Assembly: GCA_964016885.1 (NCBI GenBank)
Contig: OZ024744.1
Span: 40,548,001 to 40,612,000 of the forward strand
Length of the DNA stretch: 64,000 nt
Direction of reading: 5' to 3'
Source: Eledone cirrhosa
Taxonomy: Eukaryota
Part shown: positions 1 to 12,930 of the stretch, piece after piece
Position numbering within the stretch: the first letter of the stretch is position 1
Layout: every line of letters starts with the position of its first letter
Notes under the pieces: model-generated
What the model was told of the DNA's origin: nothing
Database searches by the model: none
The model's input: the letters and a program-made list of their open reading frames with translations, nothing else
Position numbers and translations under genes: made by a program

Positions 1-1247
1 TTACAAAGTCTAGCTTGACTCAAGGTAATGGTAGTTTCCATCAACCCAGCTTTATTTACAAAGCCTAGCTTGATCCAAGGTAATGGTCGTTTCCATCAAC
101 CCAGCTTTATTCACAAAGCCTTACTTGACTCAAGGTAATGGTAGTTTCTATCAACCCAGCTTTATTTACAAAGCCTAGCTTGACCCAAGATAATGGTAGT
201 TTCCATCAATGCAGCTTTACTTACAAAGCCTAGCTTGACTCAAGGTAATGGTAGTTTCCATCAACCCAGCTTTACTTACAGAGCCTAGCTTGACTCAAGA
301 TAATGGTAGTTTCCATCAACCCAGCTTTATTTACAATGCCTAGCTTAACTCAATGTAATTGTAGTTTCCATCAACCCAGCTTTATTTACAAAGCATAGCT
401 TGACCCAAGGTAATGGTAGTTTCCATCAACCCAGCTTTATTTAAAAAGCCTAGCTTGACTCAAGGTAATGGTATTTACATCAACCCAGCTTTATTTACAA
501 AGCCTAGCTTGATCCAAGGTAATGGTAGTTTCCATCAACCCAGCTTTATTTACAAAGCCTTACTTGACTCAAGGTAATGGTAGTTTCTATCAACCCAGCT
601 TTATTTACAGAGCCTAGCTTGACACAAGGTAATGGTAGTTTCCATCAACCCAGCTTTATTTACAAAGCCTAGCTTGACTCAAGGTAATGGTAGTTTCCAT
701 CAACCCTGCTTTATTTACAAAGCCTGGCTTGACCCAAGGTAATGGTAGTTACCATCAACCGTGCTTTATTTACAAAGTCTAGCTTGACTCAAGGTAATGG
801 TAGTTTACATCAACCCAGCTTTATTTACGATGCCTAGCTTGACTCAAGGTAATGGTAGTTTCCATTAACCCAGCTTTATTTACAAAGCCTAGCTTGACCG
901 AAGGTAATGGTAGTTTCCATCAACCCAGCTTTATTTACAAAGCCTAGCTTGACTCAAGGTAATGGTAGTTTCCATCAACCCAGCTTTATTTACAAAGCCT
1001 AGCTTGACTCAAGGTAATGGTTGTTTCCATCAACCCAGCTTTATTTATAATACCTAGCTTGACTCAAGGTAATGGTAGTTTCCATCAACCCAACTTTATT
1101 TAGAAAGCCTAGCTTGACTCAAGGTAATAGTAGATTCCATCATCCCTGCTTTATTTACAAAGCATAGCTTGACCCAAGGTAATGGTAGTTTCCATCAACC
1201 CAGCTTTATTTAAAAAGCCTAGCTTGACTCAAGGTAATGGTATTTAA
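1..1247. repeat. 55-bp tandem minisatellite, about 22.5 copies, continues off the window start
   Basis: Unit TTACAAAGCCTAGCTTGACTCAAGGTAATGGTAGTTTCCATCAACCCAGCTTTAT recurs at 1, 56, 111 and onward with point variants and no spacers. Confidence 0.97.
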
Positions 1248-2174
1248 CTAGCCACCCATACTTACGTTAAGGTATTCTCAAAATAAACAATAGCAAAATC
1301 TCATAGTTTTGATGTTATGTGAGATAATTATATGAGATAATTATGTGAGATAAAGCCTTTACATTACTCTATGTTTACTATACAATAGTAAATATAGAGT
1401 AATGTAAATGGTTAAGGGTTAAGGGGAATGAAGGCAAAGAAACCTGAAGAAAAATGGATAGATAACATCATGGACCTGAACCCTAAGACGGAGATGGATG
1501 GAGGGAGATGGTACCATGCAGTGTCTCCATAAACCTGGAGAGTCACAGAATCATTAATGGTAATGGATATAGACACTCTCTCATTGGTTTGTCATAAATA
1601 TAGATATATTTTACAAGTGAGTATCAAAGGATAAATGTAAATCACTCAATACAGCAAGCCTGCAATCAAGCAGGTGGACTGTACTAGAAAGAGTTTTTTA
1701 ATGAGAGAAAAATATTCATTGTCATACAGAAAAACTAAGAAAGTACAATCAGAACCTTTAATAAGAAATATGTCAATATTGACTGGTTGCATATATGGAG
1801 TAATCAGTGAAATTGAAAAGACAGATAAGCAAACCAGGTAATCAAAATAATGAAAGCAGTTGTTGTTGCTATTGTTCTTGGTGTTTTTTGCTGCTTTCAT
1901 TGTTATTGTTATTGTTGTTGTCATCAATGTTTAGTCTCAATTAGGCATTGATTGAGCCAACCTAATGTTAGTTTCAGCCATGTTTAACTCTTTTCATACC
2001 AAACCACATGAAACTGCTCCAAGTTCTAAGATATAAATTGTTTATTTTAAACTCTTTATATTTATCTAAAAAAAACAACTTCTATCATAATTCGATGTAG
2101 AAACTTTTGTTAATTATGTTGCGGACACCAACTTAATAATGAGACAGTTAGTTATATTATTAAACATCTCCAAT

Positions 2175-3440
2175 CATCACCACCATCATTACCATTGCTT
2201 AACATCCTTTTTTTCGTACTTGCATGGGTTATACAGGTTGTCACATTATGAGATAAGTCAGGTCAGGTGACAATGTCTTGCTTATAGGGATCTTTATTTT
2301 GGCTTAGTATCTACTGGGGCTAGCTTTTCTAACCCACTTACAGTCTAGACTGGGCGCCTTTTATTGTTACAACAAAACAACCATCTAACAAGATGGATTG
2401 AGTGGCTTTTGTCATGTCACCTGTTCAGCTACGATACAGGGTAGACTGGGTGTTTTTTGTTGTTACTAGCATAATCACCTTACAGGGTGAACTACTTTTT
2501 TTCTTGTGTCACCAACACAACCACCTTATAGGTTGGACTGGATGCTTTTTCTTGTGTCACCAGCATGACCACCTTACAGGGTGGATTGGGTGCTGCCTCA
2601 TGTCATGTCAACAACATAACCCTCTTATAGGGTAGATTGCATGCCTTTGTTGTTGTGGCACCAGATCACCATACATTGTAGACTTCATGATTTTCTGTCA
2701 TAGCAACAGCATTGTAGGAGAGCAGATGTGAAGTGTGTTCAGCTTTCCATGCTTGTATGCATGGATTGTACAGGAGAGGTGTATCGGAGGTGAGGGAACA
2801 AGTATGCAAGTTTGACATGGATGAGGCGAGTGAGATATATAGTTGGTCATGGGAGGTATTTTCTTCTTCCATCCTTGCAAAGTATACTTGTTGCCTGGCT
2901 TCTCTCCTTGCTTCTTGGTAATGTTCTCTGTTTGCCCCATTCTGTCATTCTTTCTATGCCTGTCCCTTAGCCTTAATTGTCTCATCTACATTACTATTCC
3001 ACCACCAAGTTACTCTCTTTCTCTCTGGAGTCTTACTCTAGTCACAGATCTCGTCTGGGGTCTCCAGCAGATTATCTCTCAGGAACTCCAACTGCTTTTC
3101 TGTATTGTAAATCTCTATTTCTTCCTTACTCTCAAAAGTGTTAAGCAAGATGCCTATAAATTGGTCAAGGGCTCCATTAACTTACATATCCTTCTCCTTC
3201 AGGTCTCCCTTCGTCTCTGAGTTCACACTGCCCTAACTCTTGATTATTTTCTAAATTATTTGAAAATCATTGACCCCTGGTAAATTGATTGCTTTGTCCA
3301 CATGCAGGTGAGAATTTTCTGGTGACCACTAAACACAATTATGTCAGTTCCTCATTCTATTTAGCTTAAAATGTCCACCAGATTGCACAATATTTATCAC
3401 CATCTCTTCATCTTCACCTCTCATGTGTTGAAACCACTCA
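2175..3440 (-). mobile_element. Decayed RTE-type LINE fragment with 3' tail containing degenerate ~48-bp repeats
   Basis: 2330-2660 has repeated AACCAC.TTACAG..TGGACTGG units related to the 37.7-38.8 kb minisatellite; 2860-2960 resembles RTE sequence at 12570-12660. Confidence 0.55.
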
Positions 3441-3576
3441 CAAAATTAGATTCTTCAATCCAGATCATCTAGATTAATTTCATGTAATAATCTTGGGATT
3501 AAAACTTTCAACTTAGCTCGTATGCACCATATGCTTACTCCTATCCCAAGTACATATTGTGCAGTAGACTGCTGTG

Positions 3577-3915
<339 letters not shown>

Positions 3916-4435
3916 AATGTAAGTATGTATACGTATGGAAACGATAAATGGAAAAAACGAAATTTCATTTCTCACTCTTAGTACGGCTGATACTTAAATG
4001 TAAGTATGTACATACATATATGTATACAGACATACAGTAGTATGTATATACATACATACATGCACACATATATATATGTACGATGGTTGCCGAACACTGC
4101 ACGGCTAATAATTTGGGCTGTTTGTTTACAAACAAACCGAGCATTATAATAAATGTTCGGTAAACCCATACGTACATATATATATGTGTGCATGTATGTA
4201 TGTATATACATACTACTGTACGTCTGTATATATATATGTATGTACGCTTACATACTTATATTTAAGTATCAGCCGTACTAAGAGTGAGAAATTAAATTTC
4301 ATTTTTTCCACTTATCGTTTTCGGTACACCCGGCCGACTAAATTCACTCGATATGCAAATTAGGCTACTCAGCCGTTAATATGCATAAGGAAAGTATATA
4401 CTTTCAAACGTTCAATCGACTGATAGGAAGGTATA

Positions 4436-4476
4436 TAGTGCTGATGACAGCTAATAAGCTACAAACTAGTTCGTCG
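4436..4476 (+). ncRNA. Degenerate type I hammerhead ribozyme (family A)
   Basis: CTGATGA-c-AGCT-aata-AGCT-a-CAAA-CTAG-TT: GAAA is mutated to CAAA relative to the intact copy at 34251. Confidence 0.55.
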
Positions 4477-4580
4477 TTTCTTTGTCAGTGTTGAACAAAA
4501 GGGCAACGATGGTTGCCGAACACTGTACGGCTAATAATTCGGGCTGTTTGTTTACAAACAAACCGAACATTATAAATAAT

Positions 4581-4758
4581 TGTTTCTACTTTAGGCGCAA
4601 GGCCAGCAATTACCCAGTGCATTACTGGTACTTTATTTTATCGACCCCGTAAGGATGAAAGGCAAAGTCAACCTCGGCGGGATTTGAACTCAGATCGTAA
4701 AGAGACGTAACTATGCTGGAAAGCATGGCGTCCGACCCTCTACCGATACTGCCAATCC
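4581..4758 (-). mobile_element. tRNA-derived SINE (family S1) with 19-bp TSD
   Basis: Minus strand has A-box TGGCAGTATCGG, B-box GTTCAAATCC and a Deu/Nin-like core GTTGACTTTGCCTTTCATCCTTACGGGGTCGATAAAAT. TSD ACCGAACATTATAAATAAT at 4562-4580 and 4759-4777. Near-identical copy at 36491. Confidence 0.92.
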
Positions 4759-4930
4759 ACCGAACATTATAAATAATGTTCGGTAAACCCACACGTACAT
4801 ATATATATGTGTGTGCATGTATGTATATACATACTACTGTACGTCTGTATACATTTATGTATGTACGTATACATACTTATATTTAAGTATCAGCCGTACT
4901 AAGAGTGAGAAATGAAATTTCATTTTTTCC

Positions 4931-4966
<36 letters not shown>

Positions 4967-5466
4967 TTTAGTACAGCATAGACGAAGCTCTAGTATACGG
5001 CCAAGCAAGCGTGTATGCTTATTCGGTCTGTAGCTTTAGCACTCAGATGAGGTAAGACCCCAGAGTAATAACATTATGTTCAGACAGCTTAGCAAATCAG
5101 ATATAGCAGTCGGCAGTCCGACCGCATCACCAGAGCAACGAAAATACAGGATCCAGGAAAAGATTTTTTACTGACCTGGACATAACGCTGAGGCTGAGTG
5201 TAAAATATACAACCCACAAGGTGTTTCCACAATATTGATCGCAATATCGCACGCAACGACAGCGCTAAGTTTCTGCAAATCCATGATCGACAAAATCCTA
5301 TTGCAGGAGTCTGCAATATAATGGTTTTTGACGACAGAACCTAGGATTTGCTTCTTCAGATATATATATATATAACGAAGGAAATGTCGTAAGCAACCAG
5401 ATGGACCATAACGCACCAGAGTACTCAATACTTAGGGTAGTAGAGTGGGTAAGAGGAAAAAGTTTA

Positions 5467-5561
5467 ACCCCGACGGCAGAGCTCAAACCGTTTCAACGGC
5501 TATTTCTGGACTAATTTAGAATTTTTAGCATGGTAATAAATAGCCAAACTTTTCAAGGGGT
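5467..5561 (-). ncRNA. Type I HHR with U3:A8 core variant (family C)
   Basis: ACCCC-TTGAAAA-g..GGCTATTT[loop]AAATAGCC..-GAAA-CGGT-ttgagctct-GCCG-TC-GGGGT: all three stems pair, GUC cleavage triplet. Confidence 0.75.
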
Positions 5562-6214
5562 AATTCCTTATATGGGAAGATTGTAGTTGTCAAAAGGATT
5601 GGTCAAACTTTCTTGTAAACACAATTAAATCTTTCATGGTGGTGGGTGGGAGGTAGGGGTGGCTGAACTTGCCTGTAGAACAATGAGGGAGTGGGTGGAA
5701 CCGGTCAAGCGTTGATAGTGATATCTATAGAGCAAATTCTAAGGAGTGTGTATGAAATTAGGCTAGTAAGGAAGCAGGCGAAAAAGGATTCTGGAAAAAT
5801 TAGAGAGTGGGATGTTATAGAATTAAATGGTTAATGAATTGAGATTAAAAGAAAAAAAGTGATACAAAAATTAAATAGTAAAAAATAATAAAAAAATCTC
5901 TAGAGTCTAAAGCAGCTGCTATATGTTTAGCTAGTATTGCGTTTTCGGCCAATGCTATATAGAATTTACTGGGGTGGGGGTACTGTGGCTACAAAAGCCC
6001 GATGGGCCGCCTCGGGGTAGGCGAAAGAGGAAAAAGGAAAAGGAAGAGAAGGAGTGGAAGGAAGTGATAAGAAGAGATAAAAGGAAAAAGAAAAGAAGTA
6101 TATCTACCTATGTATGCTGGGGTTTCCCCTATCTTGTTCGGCAAATGGGGAAAGGAAGGAAGTTGCAACCATTGTCTACCCACCTGGGTCATGAGGGGGT
6201 TTGAAGGCGAGGTA

Positions 6215-7605
6215 AGTCCTACGCAATCGGTGTTTACATGCAGTTACAAGTTCATTTTTTTGTTTAGGAGTCTGTCTTTCGTAAACAGCGTTTGTAATGT
6301 TTCCTCTGAGCATAAGTTACACGGACGGTGTCCTCCCGTGTAGGAGTTAGCCCTGGACAGTAAACTCCAAGTAAGATTGTATGTTATGTTGTTATCTTGA
6401 AGGTCCAAGATGTAGCCCGAGAGTGTAGTGGCATGTCACCAGGCCGGGTTTCGGAACGTATGTCGGTGTTGATAGAGCTGGGTCTTAAAGCCACAAGTGG
6501 TTAATCCTATATAGGCTTTGCTGGAGTTTTCTCTCCTCATGTTGCATTGGTAGATCACGTTACGTTTTCGGCATCTGTTGTTGAGGGGGCACGTAGATCT
6601 ATCAGGGCAGTTACACCTCCTGGTCGGCTCTTCATTGTTGTTGTTTGAGGAGGCGATGTTTTGTGCGATGTTGGGTGTGGTACTATAGGAGAATTTGATA
6701 GTGTTTTTGTTCATTATGTTGTGGTAGCAGTGTTGTGGTGGGAAGTATCTTTTGAGGAGCCTAAAGAAGATTTTTCGGATTGGTGTTGTTACCTCGGAAT
6801 TGTGGGCAGGGTTGAACCACGTTATGTGGCATGAGCGGCGGCGTCGCCTGCTGGTTGCACTAAGGGAAGCTGGATAATAGGAGATTTCCTCCTGAAAGCC
6901 GCTTCGCTTGAGGACCTGGTTTTAATAAGGCACATGTTCATCGAATATCTGCTCATTAGCGGACAAATGAGATATGTGGAGGGAGATGTTTTTAACCAGG
7001 CTATTGATGATATTTCTAGGATTGTTAGAGCGGCAGTGGATGTAGTGAAGGTTGTCATTTAGTTTCTTGCATGGGTAGTACAGATCATTTTCGAGGTTGA
7101 GAGTAACGTCCAGGAAATTGGCTTGGGTTAGGGATGTTTGTAGTGTGATTTTAAATCACCAGTCCTGGAAGAAGTTGATTAGTTGTTTACGGGCCCGGTC
7201 TGTACTACTGGGGTTGTACCCTTTGAGGGTAAGGAGGCCATCGTCTTGGTACAATCCACCGCCGAATGCAGGAAACATTTCGGTGAGTTTATGTAGTAGG
7301 AATAATCCTATAAGATTGGTCACCTCGGCCGAGTCGGTCGCCCCCATACTGACGTCAAAAGGGGAGTCGAGAGCTCTCTTTATCTACTTGGAGTTGTTGA
7401 AAAGGAGGACTGTCTTCCTGGCGTGGAGAATGATGTTTCTTTCCTGGTCGGTGATGGGTGTGAGTGTTTTGACAAAGTCGAAAGCAACCGTAAGGAGCGG
7501 TAAGGTAATAAAGGTATAATAGCTCTCTATGTTGAACTGGATTAATTTGGTGTCCCGTTTGTCCTCAATATTCCTGAACCATGAGATGACTTCTAATGTA
7601 TTAAC
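6215..7605 (-). pseudogene. Frameshifted PLE reverse transcriptase / GIY-YIG endonuclease ORF remnant
   Basis: MGATDSAEVTNLIGLFLL..GLYQDDGL and KNTIKFSYS..CNC..CPL..YIGLT motifs split across frames. Confidence 0.85.
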
Positions 7606-7863
7606 CTTTTAATTTTATAAAGTCCAACTCTCAGATTTCTTTTTCGCCTGCTTTATACCTAGCCTAATTTCATACACACTCCTTAGAATTTGCTGTATAG
7701 AAATCACTTTCAACGCTTGACCGGCTCCACCCACTCCCTCATTGGTCTACAGGCATGTTCAGCCACCCCCAAGTCCCACCCACTGCCATGAAAGATTTAA
7801 TTGTGTTTACAAGAAATTTCGACCAATCCTTTTGACAATTACAATATTCCCATATAAGGAATT

Positions 7864-7958
7864 ACCCCTTGAAAAGTTTGGCTATTTATTACCATGCTAA
7901 AAATTCTAAATTAGTCCAGAAATAGCTGTCGAAACGGCTTGAGATCTGCTATCGGGGT
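7864..7958 (+). ncRNA. Type I HHR, family C (inverted repeat copy, stem III partly decayed)
   Basis: ACCCC-TTGAAAA..GAAA-CGGC-ttgagatct-GCTA-TC-GGGGT. Confidence 0.6.
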
Positions 7959-7980
7959 TAATATTTTTTCATATATATAT

Positions 7981-9068
<1,088 letters not shown>

Positions 9069-9117
9069 CAATACATGGAACTCTTTTAACCATCTTTTGA
9101 TCTTATATTATATTTTT

Positions 9118-9830
9118 CTAAGGCGGGTAAAATTCCCGAGATCCATGGACGAGTTCTTTCCAGCGGTCTCTGTCCCTCATCATCGCTGCCATGTCCTGCG
9201 TCTCCACTAGACCAATGTCTGTCCTTAAGGCATCAACATACGTTAACCTTGGTCTTCCTCTTCTAGTGTGTCCATGTAGGGGCTCCCAAAGGAGCACTGA
9301 GTGCAATGTCAACTCTGGATGTCGGTGAGCATGTCCAGCCAACCTCAGCACAGACTCCACTACAGCAATGAAGAGGCGGATTTTCAGGTCTCTACGAAGG
9401 TCCGACTTCCACACCGATCTCAAGCTGTGGCACACCGCCCAGGCCTTGCTCTTCCTCTCAACCACATCATCTTCCGTATTCCCAATCTTTGCTCCCAAAT
9501 ACAGGAAGCCCTCAACCAATTCTACCGGCTTCCCGCCTACATTAGTGATCCCCTCTGGCTTCTCAACATTCTCTACCAGATATTTTGTTTTAGTCTCATT
9601 CATTCTCAGCCCCACACTCATCGACACAGTCTCAACCTCCCGCATCAAATCCTCTGCCTCCTTCACTGTATTTGTCACTGTATTTGGACACTGACCAAGA
9701 AACTCACTCAGATGGTGGATGGGTGCTACACGAGAATGCTGAGGATGGCTCTTCAACATTAATCAGTATACACTGAGGATGAAAAACTCAGAGCTGTATG
9801 GGAACATCCCAAGAGTCAGCTCAAAAGTTA
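9118..9830 (-). mobile_element. RTE-clade LINE 3' fragment with an inverted relocated segment
   Basis: ORF 9118-9759: GLRMNETKTK, FLYLG, RLAGH, RGRPRLTYVD. 9680-9830 encodes WTLT..DGCYTRMLRMAL on the plus strand. Confidence 0.88.
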
Positions 9831-9854
9831 TATTATATATATATATATATATAT

Positions 9855-9974
9855 AAGCATTATAATAAATGTTCGGTGAATCCATACGTACATATATATA
9901 TATATGTGCATGTATGTATATATAAATACATACTACTGTACGTCTGTATACATATATATATGTATGTGTACATA

Positions 9975-9980
<6 letters not shown>
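9855..9980 (+). mobile_element. Fragment of family A element
   Basis: GCATTATAATAAATGTTCGGTGAATCCATACGTAC matches 4141-4260. Confidence 0.75.
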
Positions 9981-10071
<91 letters not shown>

Positions 10072-10315
10072 GTATTTAAGCAAATTAAATATTTAAACAA
10101 GTTTTTCTTTTCCTGAAGTATATATACATTTTTTTTTTACCAGACTCTGTATACGCGCGCACACACACATACACAGACACACAGATCTGTACATCGAAAG
10201 TGCAACTGGCGTCTTTTAAGAATATATATTTATTTACTTTACCGGTTTCACAGTTCTTATGCTTTTCAAAAGTAAAATTGAGATGGAGGGTTTGTGTTTC
10301 TGTTGTGCTTTTTTT

Positions 10316-10392
<77 letters not shown>

Positions 10393-10649
10393 ATATGTAT
10401 ATTTATCTGCGTGTGAATTGTAATTACAAAAGAATATTTTATATTACTTAAATTATATGGCAACTAAGCACATGTTTTCACCAGTACTCAGTTTGATGAT
10501 AGTACATGATTAATTATAAAAAATTAATCTTGCATGCACCATCAAAGCCTTTGTAAAAAAATACCATATATATTTGTATATAAACCAAGAACTATGTGAC
10601 AAAATATTCAATTGTAAAATGACTGAATGTTTTGTGGTACCAACATGAC

Positions 10650-12745
10650 TTTACAGAGTAAGGGTGGTGTGAGTGGAAGTGGACGGGAGGTATGAGGGTG
10701 TATATTGGATTAAGAGGTGCCTACTAACAGTAGGTTTAAGTTCGTGCACAAGGGAAGGGGGGGGGGGTCTTCTGTATTACTACGTAATGCCAAAGATCTC
10801 GATCCTGTGTCATTGTCTTAGAGAGGTGCAAGTGTGCAAGATCAGCTTTTATCATCGTCCCAGGTCTTTCTGGGTCTACCTACCATAGCTTTCATCAATT
10901 TTGATCCCCCTGCACCACTTTTTTATACAGCTGCTATCCTTCCTATGCATCGCATGACCATACCAACACAATCTCCTCTCATACCTCTTATACCTAATTT
11001 CTCACTTAGTTCATTTACACTTTGCTGTTTGTGTATATTACTATTACACATCCAACAAAGCATGCATGCTTCATTTCTTTCTAATCTCTGCAGGTCCTCT
11101 GCACACAATGCCCAGGTCTCACTGCCATATAACATTGCTGTTCGTATACAAGCATCATACAATCTGATTTTCATTTTTAGAGAAAAATCTTTTGTGGTTA
11201 CCTTTCCATCCGGTTCTTACTCCCTCCTCCACTGCTGGTTTTGTAACCCAGGTAACGGAAAGTGTCTACTATTTCTATAAAACCACCTGGGCAGTTGAAG
11301 GAGCTAGTATCCAGTGGGCATATGCTACTTACTGCACCTAAGCATTGGTCACATATAAAATCTACGTTCTTAGATAGTTTACCTGTGATCCCACTACATC
11401 TTTTATGTACCCATAGCTTGCATTTGGGGCATAGAATGGAATTTCTATCTACTCCTTTCCTACACACTGAACAAAGCCATTTGCCAGAGGGAACCAGTGC
11501 CCTATTTTCCTTTCTACATACTATAACTTTAGTCAAGTTAACTTTAAGGCCTTTTGATTCTAGGCCATGCTTCCAAGTTTGGAATTTCTTCTCTATTTCT
11601 GCCATAGATTCAGCTATGAGACTTAGATAATCTGCGTATAGGAGTTTCCATGGGCAGCCGGTCTTAAACTCCTCTGTTATAGCCTGAAGGGCAATAATAA
11701 ACAGGAGGGGGCTAAGGACAGATCTTTGATGAACACCGACTTTTACGCTAAATTCTTCACTATATTCAGTGTTAATTCTAACCTTGCTGACTGTTTCTTT
11801 ATACATGGCTTGTATAGCTCTCACAAGCCATTCATCTACTCCTAGCTTTCTAAGGGCCCACCAGATAATGGAGCATGGGACTCTGTCAAAGGTTTTCTCC
11901 AAGTCAACAAAAGCTAAATAGAGGGGTTTACTTTTAGGTAGGTACTTCTCCTGTAGTTGCCGTACAAGGAAGAGAGCATCTGTGGTACTTTTACTTTGCA
12001 TAAACCCAAACTACATTTCATCTAGATCAATTCGGTCCCTAATCAGCTGTGACCTGATCAACTAACTTAATGCCTCTATAGTTTTCTCTATCTAGAGTGT
12101 CTCCTTCGCCTTTGTAGCAATTAACGATGCTGCTGCTATGCCCGTCCTTTGGTATGACCCCATTCTGTATTACTTGGTTCACTATCTGGGTGACCATAGT
12201 ATGTCCCACCATTCCAGATACTTTCAACATCTCAGCAACTATCCCCAAAGTCCCAGCTACCTTGCTTGTTTTCATTTCCTTGATTGCCTTACTTACTATA
12301 CCCCTATTAACTTGTACATCTGGTCCCTCTGTTGGATCAACTTGGGGCAAACTATCTTTTATCCCATTCATTCTCCTCATTTAGAAGTCTCTTGTAGTGG
12401 CACTTCCAAGCTACCTTCTTATCAGTATCAGTGAGGGCAAGTACACCATTATCATTACAGACACACTTCTCTCCGATAATATCACAATTTTCTTTGACAC
12501 TTTATCTCACAATCCTAACACCTCACATTTTTGGTGCTCGCATTGTAGAACATGGTTGAACTTTCTCTCCTCTGCTTCCCTTCTTGCAAAGTACACTTGT
12601 TGCCTAGCTTTTCTCCTCCCCACCTGATAGTGTTCTCTACTTCCCCATCCTGCCATTCTTTCCAAACCTGCCTTTTGGCCTTACTTGTCTCCTCCACCCC
12701 ACTGTTCCACCACCAAGTCACTCTCGTGAAATTGTTCTCATCGTC
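10650..12745 (-). mobile_element. Decayed RTE-clade LINE with internal deletions
   Basis: ORFs 11198-12001 (AFVDLEKTFDRV, GVHQRSVLSPLLF, LLYADY, internal Cys-rich PHD-like motif), 12039-12380 (ENYRGIKL), 10923-11174 (MLYGSETW). Confidence 0.9.
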
Positions 12746-12747
12746 CC

Positions 12748-12930
12748 ACATAACGACGTATTATCTTCGCTTTTTTCCGTTCATTGCCAGGGAACGTATT
12801 CATGAACCAAAGTATTGTCTTCCTGTTTTCCTTCGGTTGCAACGTTTTTCGAAATATTTACTTCTGCGTTCACAGATTGATTTTTTTTAGTTTCAGAAGA
12901 TCCCGTTAAGAGTGAAAGCAGCGATTCTTT
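12748..12930 (+). mobile_element. Family D PLE terminal-repeat fragment, HHR split by an RTE insertion (resumes 14923-14962)
   Basis: Matches 16878-17061; sequence continues at 14923 after TSD CGATTCTTT. Confidence 0.85.

Larger units (their letters stand above)
3941..4935 (+). mobile_element. Family A non-coding tandem element (426-bp unit) with inverted 5' segment and a degenerate HHR
   Basis: CGATGGTTGCCGAACAC at 4081 and 4507; 3941-4080 is the reverse complement of about 4172-4320; homologous to 34046-34943; flanked by (TA)n. Confidence 0.85.
5375..7970 (-). mobile_element. Penelope-like retroelement (Neptune-type, family C), 5'-truncated, with inverted 5' terminal repeat
   Basis: ORF pieces: RT motif GLYQDDGL (7156-7347); CNCPDRSTCPLNNRC linker plus VIYQC..YIGLT GIY-YIG (6436-6714). 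7640-7965 is the reverse complement of about 5465-5790. Flanked by (TA)n. Confidence 0.92.

Noticed and set aside
1-1247. CRISPR array
   Set aside because: Repeats are contiguous with no unique spacers, no cas genes are present and the context is eukaryotic.
1655-1837. Possible plus-strand coding exon (about 60 open codons ending CAG|GTAATC)
   Set aside because: Weak acceptor, no recognisable protein and no partner exons.
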